64,000 nt of DNA from a virus. Location of the stretch: positions 8,402 through 72,401 of the IMG/VR virus record IMGVR_UViG_3300021440_000003; one strand, 5' to 3'. A program made the translations under genes and the position numbers. A model generated the notes under the pieces. That model was not told the DNA's origin. It was given only the letters and a program-made list of their open reading frames with translations, and did not search any database. Below, in pieces: positions 63,409-64,000 of the stretch (within the stretch, counting starts at the first letter, position 1; each line of letters opens with the position of its first letter).

Positions 63409-63571
63409 AGGTTGGGAGATGGGGTCCTTGTCTCGGTCCTTGTCAACACCCCAGATTAACGGCCCTGCAAGCCTCTAAACCCTCTCCAAGCACCCTACCC
63501 CTACCCAACCTTAAAAATCGCTTCCAACCCTGTTCTGGCAAGTCCTAGACCCCAACCCCAAGAGAACCACC

Positions 63572-63795
63572 ATGAAAACTACGGCGTATTCGTAATCGAC
63601 CCCGAAACCTCAGTTCGCTACCGCTTGAAAGCCTTTGCCAACTTGGACAACGCGGTCAAACTTGCACAAAAATCTAATGGGCAAGTCGTTGACCTGCTCA
63701 ACAACACGCTTTATCAGTCAGTAGGCTACCTACTCGGCCCCAAATTCAAGCGAAGCAAGCGTATAGACAAGCTCAGTGCGCAGATTTTCGCATAA
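63572..63795 (+). pseudogene. small gene with an apparent 1-A deletion right after the start codon
   Basis: ATG AAA ACT reaches a stop at codon 8; one extra A gives a 74-aa ORF MKNYGVFVIDPETSVRYRLKAFANLDNAVKLA... Confidence 0.5.
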
Positions 63796-64000
63796 GTTGG
63801 CACAAAAATTATTGACAGGCAGTCAAAAGTACGCGTAACGACCAAAACTAGGTAGCTATTCCGTACGCTAGGCAAGCCTTCAGACCAAGCCAAGCAAGCC
63901 CAAACCAAGTCAAACCTCTACTGTCGAGACCCAAAAAACGCGCAGATGCAAGCTCATTTTGGCATCTTCCGAAAATTAGCCTTGCCAAAAGGACGCTGTT

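Noticed and set aside
1-64000. Prophage or lysogeny module
   Set aside because: No integrase, CI-like repressor, partition genes or host chromosomal genes were recognised, although a few kb of the genome may lie outside the window.

Overview
This window is almost the whole genome of a GC-rich long-tailed dsDNA phage (siphovirus), apparently lytic: no integrase or repressor was seen. The host is probably a proteobacterium (inference). The + strand (about 60.9 kb to the end, then 1 to 23.7 kb) carries small early genes and a replication module: SNF2-like helicase, AEP primase-helicase, DEDDh exonuclease, MazG, TraR/DksA finger, three-domain PolA, ThyX, ATP-dependent ligase, a RecU-like nuclease, SbcCD and a dNTP diphosphohydrolase. 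The - strand (60.6 to 23.7 kb) carries terminase, portal, a 7.5-kb accessory structural module, S49 protease, capsid, neck, a fibre trio, the tail (with a chaperone -1 frameshift) and lysis genes. Three unrelated TnpB (RNA-guided nuclease) elements are inserted. The most striking unexplained feature is an ~830-nt region (61380-62215) with no credible gene, packed with nested and long-range helices, G-U pairs and GNRA/UNCG tetraloops: a candidate large ornate phage ncRNA. An 8-copy iteron-like repeat lies just downstream of it. All calls come from reading motifs by eye; no database searches were run.
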